64,000 bases of DNA, from positions 12,276,001-12,340,000 of the forward strand of contig OZ210885.1 in the NCBI GenBank assembly GCA_964658305.1, read 5' to 3'. The translations under genes and the position numbers were made by a program. The DNA comes from Leptogorgia sarmentosa. Lineage: Eukaryota. Below, piece by piece: positions 24,701 through 39,700 of this stretch. Numbering within the stretch: the first letter of the stretch is position 1; each line of letters begins with the position of its first letter. Under the pieces are notes generated by a model. It ran no database searches. It saw only the letters and a list, made by a program, of their open reading frames with translations, and was not told the DNA's origin.

Positions 24701-27700
24701 ATTTTCCCCGAGCCACGGCGCGAAGCGCCGTCCGGGCGTTACCCCGGGGCACGGGCAATAATTCCGCACGGCTATTTACACCCGGGTAATGGGCAGCACA
24801 GCGGAGTTATGTGTATGGGTGGTCATCACTTATCCCAAATTATTGTGGACTATCATGAAGAGCCGAAGCTTTTTAAAGCTTTTGGTCCTTTGGAAAGGTG
24901 AAAACAAGGACAAGATCTACGCTGTAAGACTTGAAAAGCCTTCTCAGAAGATATAAAACGCTGAGAAAGGGGACAAACGACTACGAATTGGAACACAAGA
25001 TAAGTTCGTCAATATGTTGTCGGCAGTGAACTTTTGTTTTGCGTATTTACTATCTACAGTCTACTATTTGGATGAAAGGTCGCCGTAGGCGCATTTAATC
25101 TATCCACGGCTCAATTCCAGAGTATAAGTTTATCATTTTGAAGGCAAGACTTCACAAAATATTTACAAACTTTACCCCAAAGAACAAGAGCGAACATTGG
25201 CTGGAAATTGTTTCATATCAAAGACTGACTTAATTAAACCGTTTTATGCAAATAAATGTAGTATTTCGCACCAAATTCAAGTTTATATTAGTCCTAATAA
25301 CGTACGGATAACAAATGATTCACGAAATTTAAAAAAAATGTCAATAAAACAAAGATAAAGGATGATATTTTGAATGTTTGCAAAAAATTACAGAAATATG
25401 AATTTCCGATCTTATTGCCATGACAACAACCTCAGGCAGCCTTTGAAGTACTTCATGTTTCAAAAATATAGTTGCATTAAATTGGTTAGTAAGGCGAGGG
25501 GTTGCTGCATATATGTATTTCTAGTTTAATTTGGCATAGATGCACGAATTGCAGTTGGTTTTACTAGCACATGTATGTTTTTAATCGACACTTTTTTATC
25601 TTAATTGTAAAAGCATCGATGTGGCAACGTCCTGAAAACTTGTATCGATGCATTACGTTTTTTTTTAAGTAAATATCTAAAGTTTGAAAACACAGTGGTT
25701 TGCACGAAATTGAACTAACCATGCAAGTACATTTTGTCATGACTCAAAATTTTCATTAAATAGTTTAGGCATTGGGGGTGTCACACCCCTCCCCCCCCCC
25801 CCAGAAGTTACGCCCCTTACGATTATATTGCTCATACTTGTTTAATCGTATTTACTGGGCCTTTCGAATGTTTTACATGCTTTAAGTAATTATTTTTAAA
25901 TTAAAATTGAACTTTTCGTACGCTTTGGAGTTTCTCGCAACACTCACAACAGTTTCTGAACTTTTCGACTTAATTTTTTAAATTCTGTTTGTATATCCCA
26001 GTTTGTACTTTTTTATGGCAGTTTATATCAATGTTTTATACTGAAACAATTAGACAACTCTGCCTCGTTGTCTAATTGTTAAATAGTTTTGGCTGCAGGG
26101 GTGCTATACTGTGGGATTGGGGTCTGCAGAGCATGGACAGGCTAGTAGCACTTTAGATAAATCTGAATTTTCTGGCCTTGGTACTGAAAAGCAAAAATCA
26201 AAAGTAAGCGCAAGACTCTGATTTCGCATGCTCATCAACGCGATAAAGTTCTTAAATGCAAACGTTTCCTGGCGCCACTGAAATTTTCGCTGGAAAAATG
26301 TTTTTAAACAAACAACTGTGCTGCAAGTTTAATGGACGGTCTTTCGCTGTATTACACCATCAATGCACTTGAAAAAAACTTGCACCTACTAGCACCTCCC
26401 CTTGATCGACCACTGGCTATTAATTATGTAGTGAACTTGGTTCTGAGCCGCAAGTTATACACTAGCATTTTGTTTACAATTAACACCAATTATTTCAATA
26501 CGCTTCCTATTGCTATAGACAAAAATGACAATAATTTATACCTTTTGAATTTTTCATGCACATCTTCCCTAATGTTGTATTCAGAGTCAAGAAATGTTTC
26601 TTTCAAAAAGATCACTTCATCTGCTTTAATATCCACTTCCTTTTGAACATCGACTTTATTTGTTTTATCCAAACCATGTGTTATCCTGTGTTTCGAATCA
26701 TCAGAGGTCCTAAAAACATGGCCAGGAAAAGAGTTTACATGTTACAACACTCGAATAAATGCATTGCCCTCCCTTTTTACCTTGCGCAGCCTGCTTGCCG
26801 GTTAAATGCTTGATAAGCGATAATTAAATTGCACAACAAAATCACATAGAGATGAGAAAGGTGAAACGAACATAGAGTGGGCGTACAAGTTAAAACTGCG
26901 GGACAAATTGAAGTTTGCTAATAAGAACTTCGGAATTTAGGCCCTGGACATGCCCTTTTAAAACTGTTTCTTTTTCAAGGTGCTCTTACTAAAAACTAAA
27001 GGCGTATTTTTTTTCAAACATCTGCAAATGTATAAGATTTTTTTGGACAATAGTAAGGCAGCAAATGAGTGTTTCGTGTGAGATTGTTAAATTCAGCGTA
27101 CAGTATTTGTCTGCTCGTCCAGACACGATCGCAAAAATAGCTCATCGGCCTGTCGCTCATGCATTTCACAACAAAACAATTATTTGTTAGGATACGTTGC
27201 CATATGCTGTAGGTGGAAAACCACCGTATGCCGAGAGCACATGATCAGTTTGCAAGCATTAAATTTGTCCTAGAATATGCGGTACCAGTTTCAGGCTATT
27301 AGACTATATGGTATATAATTATAGGCATTGAAATGCTCTATAAATAGTCTTGAAAAAAATATATAGTCTTAATCTTGAAAAAATAGTCTGCAAAACGAGC
27401 CATGTTTGGCTAATCCAGGAATCGGACGCAAACAAATGAAGTGAAATGCGCATGAGCAAACCATAATTAGCAGCGAACGAGTTTTGATTAAATGCGCATG
27501 CTTGAACTAAATGCGCATGCTCAGTAAAATGTTTGCACCAATTATTTGCAGTTGAAGTGATATTTGCAGGCAGTTATTTCCAGGTAAATTTTTTAACCAA
27601 TCAAAATTGAGTAAATAATAAACTGAATAATGATTCACTTTGGTGGGTGCATTTAAGACCGCATACTTTAATGCAGCTGCATATAAAATGCCAAAATCAT

Positions 27701-30700
27701 ACCGTTCAATCTTCCCAGGTACTTTTCTTTTTCCAGAATCTTCTTTTCCTTTTTCTTCTCCAGAGTTGCCTATATTTTAGTATAAAAATATTATTTTTCA
27801 CTACGATATTCTTGTTATTTAACTTTTTTTAATTAATGCGGATTTATATAGAGAGGGTCTGCAGGATTAGCGCAAAATACAATAAACTGATTGATTAGAC
27901 TATTTATATATTAATTTGTTGAATGTTTCATAAGAAATTCCAGTGTTGCGAACTAGATTTGAGATCAGTTGTGTTTATTTACTTTGTTACTCTATCGCAA
28001 GTATGGCTGCCAAACAGTCAAGGCGAAGTGGAAAAAACACTTCCGATTTGGTATTACTACAGCTTTCTCACTCAACATGACAATTAAAAAATGTTAATTT
28101 ATTGAAATTATTCATCTTCCTTTTCATTTCACGATAGAAAAATGTTTTCGCCAAAAATGTTTTCTTAGTACTAGAAATTATTTCTGAAAATATAGAACAG
28201 AAATTAACTTTAAACTTACGTAAATCAACGGGGTATAGTATTTTTTTAAAACGATGAATTTAAGTTAAGATAAACTGCAGGTTTTCGATATAAATTTATA
28301 TTGCAATTTTTTGCCATAAAATAAACATGCAAAAGATTTTTTATTTGTTTCGGCCATTACGTATTTAGGATTCCGGACTGTGGTCAAATATCGTAAATTC
28401 CGCGCGCTGCTGCAGCCAATCAGATTGCAGAAAACGCTAGGCTTCCGCGCGCTGCTGATTTACAAAAAAATACACTGTGGTTATGTGGCTGTGGATTGGG
28501 CGAGGGAGTACATAGAATTAATAACGACATAGTTTGTACCTGATTGAGACGCAAATTTATTGAAACGCAGAAAGCAGACCCGCCCACGTTTCAGACCAAC
28601 ACAAACCATTCCATTTGAACCACATGCTATGGCTAAAACATCCGAGTCGAAATGAAACTCTTCAACACACTCTTCATTTGGTAGGTTCCACAGTTTCAGC
28701 GTCTTATCTCGTTCCGAGCACGACAAAAGAAATTCAGCACCAGGCACCAATGCTAACGCTATGATATCCTTGGCATTTGGAATTGGAAATCTGTAGAGAA
28801 CCTTTCCAGTTATGAAGTTCTCGATCACCAAATAATCATGACCTAAAAGTGTAATTTACAGTTATAGTACCTGCAAAGACTATGTTATTGGTGGCACGTT
28901 TTGCTTGTTACAAGCGATTATATTATGTACACAAGGCATAATCAATTGCAACGTAATTTTAAGCTTTATAGGCATTTTATCCACGGCATGCTGAAAGATT
29001 TCAATCACGATACGCTTGGAATTCCTAAATATTGCACAAACACAACGCCGACTTTATCGGACATTGAGCCAGAGACGCAAAAGCGGACGCCCCCATTAGA
29101 CCAACAAAATTTTAATAAAAGGCAATACAAACTGGCAAATGTAAAGAAATTAAACTTGTGTTTTGTATTTGCTCAAATGGAATATTGAATATCTATTCAT
29201 TGTGTACATGTAAGACCTCTCTTGTTCATACGCTTTGTGCAAGCTCCTGCATAAATATGTCGCAGGGACCGCGCACCTGGTTTGAATGCGTGCGTGGGGG
29301 GGGGGGGGGGGGGGGGTAAAGTGACCTTTGGTATTCTCTAAAATGGTTTCACGTCCAACGGGCAGTGTGGTGTTACCTTGAGATTGCGCTTAACTGCGAT
29401 GCCAGGTCAGAATTTGGTATGTACGCATGTTTGTTTTTTTTATTGGTTGCCTGACTTCTTCGTGGATGGATGAACTCTATATTATACTGTGTTTTGAAAA
29501 GACTCGTCTGCAGGCATTTGTGCAGTAGAATCAGCAACAAGAGCGGGTGCACAGAATGTAGGAGAGTTAGGGTTATGTTTGATGCTTTTCATCTGGTATT
29601 CCTATTTTACTTTCTTGAAACCATCAGCCAATACTTGATGGATTGCGAGGTCACACCCTATGCATTTGAGATTAGGAAATAAAATAATAACAATGAAATC
29701 ATTTACCTAATATAGCCACAAGGTTGCCAGAATTGTTAATCCTTAAAACTTTCTGTGGACAGCAACTACTGCTGCTTTTTCCCTTGGTTTCGTTCAAGTT
29801 CCACTTTGTGATCATCTGTTCGGCTCGATTGGAATATTCATTCTCATGGACACAAGAAAGAGAGTTGTGGACCACGCGCATTGTTTCAATTCTCCCCATG
29901 AAGTAGTATTCGTAACTGTGCACAACTCCGGTGGCATTTATCCGATCATTCTGTCAAAATAATCAAGCCAATGCTCAAGATAACGTCCTTCCATTAAATA
30001 TTTTCCCAATAAAACGCTATTCAGTTATAAAACAAATCCTTATTATTACGAATTTCAAATTCGAGAATTCGGATTCGGAAGGTTAATTTTCAGAATAGAA
30101 ATTCTTGAATTTATTTCACATCATATAAGTATATGAAATATGGATGAAGGCAAGGGGTAAAGCTTTGTTCACACTAGTGGGTTTTTGTATGCACTTCGAA
30201 AAAATAAAAGACGCATCGATCGATTCGGGTCAACACTACCCTTTTCGTAACGTATTTGACTGTCCAGCAAAACGGCCGAAAACGCTGATTCGATCGCAGT
30301 GTGACGTAAATCAGCAATGTACACATGTTCAGCTTGTTTTATCAGCGAATTTTTGGTCCACAAAACCGATTTCTTACGAATTGGGCCCGTCGACGGCCAA
30401 GATAAAACGGGTAATCTTAGAACGGGTAATCTTACAACAGCTATTTGCCTTCAGTATCAAGTCATGCTGGTGTTGTACAAAACGAAATGTAATTGCAAAC
30501 AAACAATTATGTTTGCCAGAAACATAGGAAATTCCATATCAGGCTCACTCGCCAAGTTTGGTGGTAATTTTTCCGCAACCAGTACACTTAAGATCTGGTT
30601 AAGAGCGGCATAATCAGTTCTAAAAGTATCCGTTTTCGAGTATCCACACTATACGATATGAATACGCTTTCAATAGTATTAACTTTCAACAGTGTTTTCA

Positions 30701-33700
30701 AATCGATGCGTTTTTGGTCATTACACGGAGCCAAATTGAGCGTGTTAGTATGGACACAAGGTTTTACTGTGGACTTCACACCTAAGTTTACACTTTCATC
30801 CTAAGTTTAACACCTTCGGCACATCTTAAAGGAAATTCATTTTAAAAAATCGTTTTAAGTTTTCAATCGTTTTAAAAATCAATGTCACAGTGTAAAAATT
30901 GTCACAATCATGTCCTTGACACGAAAATATAAAAAATGGGACGTCTGGAAATCTAGGTTAAAGTTTGTGCAAATGAAGTTGAAAGAAATGGATTACGAAC
31001 TTCAATATTACGTAAGCATGCACGCGAGTTGAGAAGAAAAGAAAAAAACATACGTCTTGAACAAAATTTCTTCACTTGTTCTGATAGGATTCTAATGGAT
31101 TAATTTTCTGTGACCATACGAACAGATCTAATCTAAATGCGATTCTCGGTAACAATGATATGAACACACCGTGTATTTTTATTTTTTTAAATACTTTTCA
31201 TAGTGCACGGAACAAAGCGAGACAGCACTTTGTCCGACCGATTCCAATACCGCTACAAGCAAAACACTATTAATTTGGTTCGGTTCTTCCAGATAAGGTT
31301 GAACTATGAGACATTCTTCCAAATTTTAACTCCAAATTTCCAAAATGAAGCTTGGGACGAAGTTGATATGCAATATTTCTACAAGCGTGTCATAATGTGT
31401 ATGTGCATGTACCATTTAACATCATGAAATTTCAATTGCAGCTCAACCTACAACAAGTGACACGCCCAAAAATAACATTTGAAAATCTCGTTTGGAAAAT
31501 GACATACATACCTTTTTGCCAGAAGCAATTATAATATCATCGGAGAAGGGCACGAATTCTAACGCGGAAATGGAATCAGAACAAATGTTGTCATGTGACC
31601 ATATTAACGTCGGCAAGTTTTCTTCAACATTCCAAAGCTTCACAGACCCACCAATAGACCCCGATGCAAAGCGACGTGAACGATCATGACCTCCTAGCTC
31701 GCCTTTAACTTGAGAAATGGCATCCTCGTGTGCTGGGAATTTCAACTGCGATTTATTGTTAAGATGAAACCATAACAGTTCTCCGTCATCACAACCAAGC
31801 AATGCATAGCTTGAACCAAGAGCAGTAATGCAGGTGACTTTAACATCTGGTTGACCCAATTTCATACTGGCCTCGATATCATTAAAAGTTCTTAGTTCGA
31901 TTCTGTTTACCTCGTTAACAATAACAAATCGGACATCATCACTTAATACGCAGACAAAACGTATGGCGACTCCAGATTCGGTCTTTGCGAATTGAACTAT
32001 TTTAGAACACTCTATGTCGACCAGCGACAATGTTCCTGAACTGCTTCCAGACAGAGCAAATTTCCCATTTGATGTGATGTCAATTGCTGTAACTATCGAG
32101 TCGTCAGGGTGACCTGCATGAAGGAAGTAAAATGTTTAATTAAAGTCATTTGAAGTATTCAAGTATATGCGACGCTTAAGCGGTGTAGCCTGCCAATCAT
32201 TCAACAATATCATTTAGACAACAAATAATCTTTATAGGTGCAGGAATAGAATTTTATTCAAATCCAGGTAGGAAAAGACATCGCTGATAACGGAAACGCA
32301 AAAATCAGCTGTCGTTCACTGTTGTGAATAAAAGACTAGTATACTCGAATAAAGGCCGTTTTCCATTACAGTCGTTTTGCCCGCGCGGGCGGAGCGAACG
32401 ATTTTAACTTCGTCAAAAATCAGTCGCGCGGACACGACGAATAGCAGAGATTCATGCTGCCATATTTGCAGGTCAATTGTTACCCGGAGTGTTTTGCATT
32501 CATTTTGCATTCCGTCAAACCCATAACTGACGGGCGAAATAGACCATTGATTTGCAACTGGATCCTGCATTCTTATAAGTATATAGGATGACCCAGAAAA
32601 CACAATATAAGCGGCAACGATAAGTAACGTAGTCAGCATAGTTAGTGATTATGCACTAAAAACGACATATTTCATGTAAATTTCGTGAGCTTCAAGCGTA
32701 TAGAAGAAAACAGGAATTGTCAGTGTTCGATTCGACTATTATTGCGCATTGGATTGGATTGACTAATTTTCGAAATCTCGTAGTTTTGGTATTCTTTCGC
32801 TACATGCATCACGACCTAAATAGCGGATACAGGTTTGTAGATACTCGTGACGAAACCGTTTTAATTGTATTCTCCGTAATCCTTTAACGAACATAATTTT
32901 ATATATATGTATACATAATCAGAACGGAAAATAGCCTGTAAAGCTAGCCAAGACAATTTCAGAGCTAACACGTAAATCGAATTCAATATTTGACTCATTC
33001 GCGAGTGAATGCAGTGGTTTTTCGGGAAAAATATATGCTCATTTAAAACGGATATTTCACACATATAAATTATTGTGTGTATGATTATAGTAAAAAATCC
33101 TGTAGTCGCATCAAAGACTTAAAAGTATTTAGAATTTTAAAATAGTCCTTGATTTACCCACCTGCATTATGGTCGACCCAACTCTTACTTGAAAGTTTCC
33201 GGTGGAGAAACACATTTTTCTGAAGCGAGCTAAACAAAAGATCTTTGCCGTCGGGTGATATTACAGGTGCGACCCTCGGCCGCTGACGTACAGTCGATAC
33301 TTGCAAAGAGTCGAGATTGATTTCACAAATATGCATATCAGGGCTGCATGTGTAAATCATGTTGCGATCGCATGCTATTTCCACTGTATGGGACGCGGGT
33401 AAAATGACTTCTTTCAAAGACGCATCAGGCTTTTGCCAGTCCCAGATGAACACATGGTTATCTTTGCATCCAATTACAACTTGCAACCCATCAGAACTAA
33501 AGCGAACAATTTCAGGTGTGCCATCGCTATCAATTCCATTGATCACACTGCCATCAGACAAATTCCACACCTTAAAAAATAAAGGGAAAATTAATATTCT
33601 GTATGAAGCTAAAAACTTGTGACTATATAATGATTTATCAAAACTAATTGTGAATATAATAACTAACAAGCAGAATAGGTTTCGTTACTTATATTATGCG

Positions 33701-36700
33701 TGCTACTCAAAGCGAATAGTGGATGTCACAGTTTTTAAATACGCAGATAGAGCATAAAAAGTTAGTTAATACGTTGCAAATTAGTTTTTACGATTTAGTT
33801 TCCAAAATATACGTACACTGAGCAATATATGACTGGACAAAGCTTCTGTAATGCATAAATAAACCAATGGCGGCCATATTGGTGTGAATAAATTTCCTCC
33901 AAAAATGGCGTCTTTTTCCTTTTAAATTTTGCCGTGAATAACTAATGAGGTCACACCAAGATGGACGCCGTGTGATTCATGATAAAGCTTTTAAAACGTT
34001 CTAGAAACCACTAGGAAAGTTATGACAAGCTGTCCATGTCTTGAACTGTAAAAGACATTTTCTTTCTAATACGACCATGCATGTTGCGATACCATTTACG
34101 GAAACTGCGATCAATTTCACTCATTTTAGTATTTCATCTCATTACAAATTTTCTAACTTCAAAATTATTACCGAATTGAAAGGGATGATAAATTCAGTAC
34201 TTCGAGATCAGTGAGTTAAAGGGCTCGAACAGCAAGTTTTGCCATTTCATGAAAATAAGTCACGCGAAAGTCCCAGAAAGCCATCTTAATGAACAGCATT
34301 AACAGTTGTACTGCTTTGTATTACGAGCGACGATTATTGAGATAGTTTACACCCTTTAGTTAAAAACTTGTTTTGTTTCACCGAATAACTCGAACTCCAG
34401 TCCCTTCTTGCGCGAAGTAGATAACCAACTTTGAAACGAGTTCAGTACGTTTAGTAACTTGTGTTCCTTGGTTAATTCGATTAAATTAGTTGCTCTGAAT
34501 ATATTCCCTATACGGGTGCTAAAAATTGCTTTACAGCAATGTGAACAGAAATTGTGTGAAATTTTAACCTAATCCTTTGCTAACCAACTAGGCAACCAAC
34601 CAATACCAATAGAGGGTTAGGGTTAATGTCAAGTCGGTTCGACGTACCGTTCTGGCGTGCGACATGCATTTTGCTACCTATATAGGGACGACCGTAACTG
34701 TTGAGTTATTGCGCATGTGACAATTTCATTTACGAAATCTGTTTACCTGTGTGTGTGGGGGGGGGGGGGGGGGCGAAGGGGGGTTTATATAAAATAAGGC
34801 GCTCAATAACATGTTTTCGGGCATTTTCAGGGCGGATTCTCATCTTAGAATGGCAGAGATCTCATCTTACTGCGGGTCAGCTTTCTAAGATACTGTACCA
34901 ACTGCGACGTTAGGAATTAGGCTTATGAGTTTGGAATAAGAAATATAATTTCCATCACTCTAACACTTTTCTAGTAAAATAATCTTGGTAATGACTTTGT
35001 TCAATTTATGTCTTCATATTTTATGTATGCATTTAACAGTTTAACTGCATGTATACAACCTCGTGAATAAAGGTACTGCAGAAAGTTTGACTGGTTTGCT
35101 TGAGTTCAGGAGTCTATTGCAATTTTCGTTATACGAATAATGAAACGGCCAGGCAAATTGTGGAAAGTTCAGAAAGGGCTATTTACTTGTTAGCAAATAT
35201 TTCAAGTTTCAACCGTTGTTAAAATGCTCAAAAAGCTATAAAATCGCATATACGGAGCAGGCAATTGATAAAAAGTATGTTCAACTTCAAAATATTTAAG
35301 TTTTATTCGCCTCGGAGTTTTAACGGGTTGTTTCAGGAAATTCAAGAAAAAGCCACAGTCTTGCTCACTACCTAAACGATAGAAACAGACTTCAACGTTT
35401 CGATGAAACGTCCTTTCTCTGGAATTGCTGTGTTCACTAATGTAGTTATTCAGTGGATAACGCAATCTTACATGTGAACAACCATCCCGTTACAGGAACG
35501 TTATAAATTGTTACTGCATGAGACCTCCTCCACGCATTACACGAGCGCGGGGAGTTGAATTTTGATTTCTTTCACCAGTTGACAGGTATTACTATTTACG
35601 CATGCGTTGCCCACAATGAATTTTTCCACGATTCTTGCCCCATCTAGTCATCGATTATAATACAGGATTAACTCGATGGTCATATTAATTGGACTATATC
35701 AAATGTCAATTATACATAACTATAGATACCGATCTTGAACAATATATATTTTGTGCCCCACCAGAAATAAATAAACTCGTACATTCAATAAGTTGTTGCT
35801 GGGTTTTCCAGCAAGACAAAACAGATAGTAAGTATTTTTCCCGTATAGATGACAAATTTGGTGGAGATTTTAGTAATGAGGATATTTTACGATCGGGTTA
35901 ATCTGGTTCCAGATTATCTAACTACATTAAAAATAAAAGTTGTATTTATAGTACTCAGTTGTGTTGGTAGTGGCTTTATTAACAGGCAGCAAAGTGTCTA
36001 CTCACTATCTAAATAATTTAAACAGATTTCACGTTTCGAGCAAAGGCCCTTCGCTGGGATCGAATATTGTGTTAAACTAATTCCGGACGAGGGCCCTTTT
36101 GCTGGAAACGTCAAATCCGTTTGTATCCCTTATACGTATTGAGTAGACCTTTATTTGTTGTCGATGTTGCCATCTGCTACCTACACTGGTCACATATTCA
36201 TACTTCAATTATTATCCATCATGGGTTATGTGTACGTTGACCTGAAACGGTCATCATATAGGTCTGAATGAAGTTGATGTATAGTTTGTCTTAAATCTTG
36301 CATGAGAATCCATTCCATAACACATGATAAATTAGTAACTTACTGAATCTGTCGAAATTTGAAGCTGTTTATGAAAGTCAATGCTTCAACGCGTATCCAT
36401 ATACTGATATACAACTTTCCTAGACTATTTTTAATATTAAAATATAAACTACTTCAAACGGTCATTCTTATGTTTTCTTATATGTATTATATATAAATGT
36501 ATATTTCTTTCTGTTCCGGTTTAAAATATGTCAGTACGAAGTCCTGGAATGGATTAAATGTGAAGTTACAGGTTTCAAAACAAAGCGCAAAAACGCGGAT
36601 GTCTGGCAGTTTAAGGCAGAGTTTCCAGTCCATGCCTTGGATTTTCAGGATCTGATACAAACCTTCTTTAATTTTAAGAACACATCTGATATAGCATCGA

Positions 36701-39700
36701 AAAATCAAAGTTATAGTTTATGCCAATCAACCGAAATCTGCGTATTACATATACTGACACCTGCACGCTGATGATTTCGTCTGTGTTTTCTTCATGAATT
36801 TTTAATGCGTTTCACAAGTACAGTATATGTACCCATGTTTTGTAAAAATTGTATACATTCCTAATAATGAATACGCCGAGTCGGAACAAACAATTGGAAC
36901 AAACAATTCAAAAAATTTCTTGTGTTTGGATGTTTCTATTGTTTTGTATTTCTATATGCACAGTATGGCTAGTAGCCTTGTGTACTACACCTTTATCGAG
37001 GACTTCGTTGAGACCTCGAAGATATCCCCATCCCCATCCTTTGACAGCGACACGACATAGCGATCATCAGCAGATACTGCAACATGTTTTGCCCATTTAA
37101 GGTCACCTATTAATCAGGAAGGAAAAAATAATCAATTCAGAAATTAAAGTAAACATCAAAAGGATATTTTCTGTAACAGTCACAAATGATCAGGTTGGAC
37201 GCGTTATTAAAATTAATGCAGAAATCTTTGCAATTTAAGGATTTATATACAATGAAAAGAAAAATCTTAAGTAGTGGATTAAATACTGTATCTAATATAA
37301 CTGGATACTTTAACAAGCAGCAAAAGTTCTACTCACCAACCAAACGATAGGCAGTGAATTTGTTTTCTAACGTTTAGGTAGTAAGTAGAACTTTTGCTGC
37401 TTGTTGATGTTCTTATATCCGGGACCTAGACGGGTCGCTTAATGAACCTTATTCTAGCGGACTAGACCATAAACTATCAAAAGAATGGACTGGAAACGCA
37501 CGCTGAAACTGCACAACAACAGTGATACGCTTGATGTGGAACCCTGTAACTTCACATTAAATAAATTGTATAATAATAATAATAATAAAAAATCCATTCC
37601 AAGACTTCCTATTGACATATTTCAAACCAAAAGAGAAATGAGTGTGCAACTATCCACTGTTCAAGGCATAAAAGCACCGTTGCAATAAGTGGTGAGAAAT
37701 TTTATATCTTGATATTTTGCTTGCGTTGTGTTTGTCATTGTTGTTAGTCTAGGACCTGTATATGAGTTTGTATGCACTTCATTTAGGACAGATAATCTCA
37801 ACTGTTTTAGGGTAAATTGACCATGCCGGTCAACATGGCATATGTGCCAAAACCTGAATCCGGGACGAAAGTGCTCAAAATGACCCCGCCCTGAAACGGC
37901 AGTGTCGACACACCTCTAACTTCCAAAAAATAGAATCAAAAGCTTTTCTGAAGTGCTTATTGTGTTCAGAAGGGTTGCTTTTAGGGGTGGTCATTGGAGG
38001 GGAAAATTTGCATAAGTATCATATTTTACTAGAAAATACCCATACCACCTCAGCAGAATTGCTGATTATGCATAAAATCACAAATATGCCTGGCAGAGTT
38101 TTAATTCTTTCATTTTCCAAAAAATATTTTTATAGGATGAAAAACTATGCTTAATTCAACATAATTATTGTAGATTTCATCAAGGTTGTTATTGTTTTGT
38201 TCACATATAATACATTTGACTTCACTTACCCCCCACCAAAATACGATTTTAGCCATATTTTGCCATCTTGTTCGCTTTTTACCGCCGAATCTCGCAAGTG
38301 TAGTCCAATCGTTTTACTTTATCATAATAACAGACAATTAAAGAGTATTTTTACCAAGTTTCGCCAAGTTTTGAAGCAGTGCAGTGTATTTTATCTTCGA
38401 TATTGTCTCCCATGACATATCGTCAAATATGCCGCCATTGTAATGCGTGGCCGTTTCATCGCCCGATAAATGCCAATTCTTCGCCTTTATCCGCTTTTAC
38501 TTTGCACTATTTAAAAGTACTTTGTTGTAGAATAATTCCAATCAAAAATTGAAAACGTTAGTTGCACATGAACGAAAAAAACCACCCTCAAACTTTCAGC
38601 ATCAACATTACAAATACAAAATTTAAAAGTTACGCGCAGCATTCGCGAAAACTCCTCTGGGCTACATGCCAGGGGGGGTAATATTTTTACAAAGTGCCAC
38701 AACAGCAGCCCAACATGGTATCTTATTGCATTTTTTCTCAATAACGATAAAAAAAATAATTAAGAAGTACTTCTACATTTCTTAATAGCAGAATCCACGA
38801 ATTCTGTGCCATCATTTTCCCCTTGATTCTTTTTATAGACAGCAGAAAGCGCTTCGTGGAAATATTCAAACCCCCCTGTCAGGTAGCCCACGAGGATTTT
38901 TCCCGAAGTTGCGCGTGAATTTAAAATTTTGTATTTGTAATGTTGAACCTGAAAGTTTGAGGGTGGTTTTTTTCGTTCATGTGCAACTAACATTTTCAAT
39001 TTTTGATTGGAATTATTCGACAACAAAGTACTTTTAAATAGTGCAAAGTAAAAGCGGATAAAGGCGAATAATTGGCATTTATCGGGCGAAGAAACGGCCA
39101 CGCATTACAATGGCGGCATATTTGACGATATGTCATGGGAGACAATATCGAAGATAAAATACACTGCACTGCTTCAAAACTTGGCGAAACTTGGTAAAAA
39201 TACTCTTTAATTGTCTGTTATTATGATAAAGTAAAACGATTGGACTACACTTGCGAGATTCGGCGGTAAAAAGCGAACAAGATGGCAAAATATGGCTAAA
39301 ATCGTATTTTGGTGGGGGGTAAGTGAAGTCAAATGTATTATATGTGAACAAAACAATAACAACCTTGATGAAATCTACAATAATTATGTTGAATTAAGCA
39401 TAGTTTTTCATCCTATGAAAATATTTTTTGGAAAATGAAAGAATTAAAACTCTGCCAGGCATATTTGTGATTTTATGCATAATCAGCAATTCTGCTGAGG
39501 TGGTGTATGGGTATTTTCTAGTAAAATATGATACTTATGCAAATTTTCCCCTCCAATGACCACCCCTAAAAGCAACCCTTCTGAACACAATAAGCACTTC
39601 AGAAAAGCTTTTGATTCTATTTTTTGGAAGTTAGAGGCGTGTCGACACTGCCGTTTCAGGGCGGGGTCATTTTGAGCACTTTCGTCCCGGATTCAGGTTT

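Noticed and set aside
29295..29316. Long G homopolymer (others near 25790 and 34760)
   Set aside because: Typical MITE-associated G/C runs with unreliable length; no evidence of function.
30588..30781. Possible extra WD40 exon
   Set aside because: In the phase required by the upstream exon it reads GTG TGA (stop), and it has no WD features.
38197..39351. Two identical 72-aa ORFs on opposite strands
   Set aside because: Mirror images produced by the palindrome; no recognisable protein motifs.
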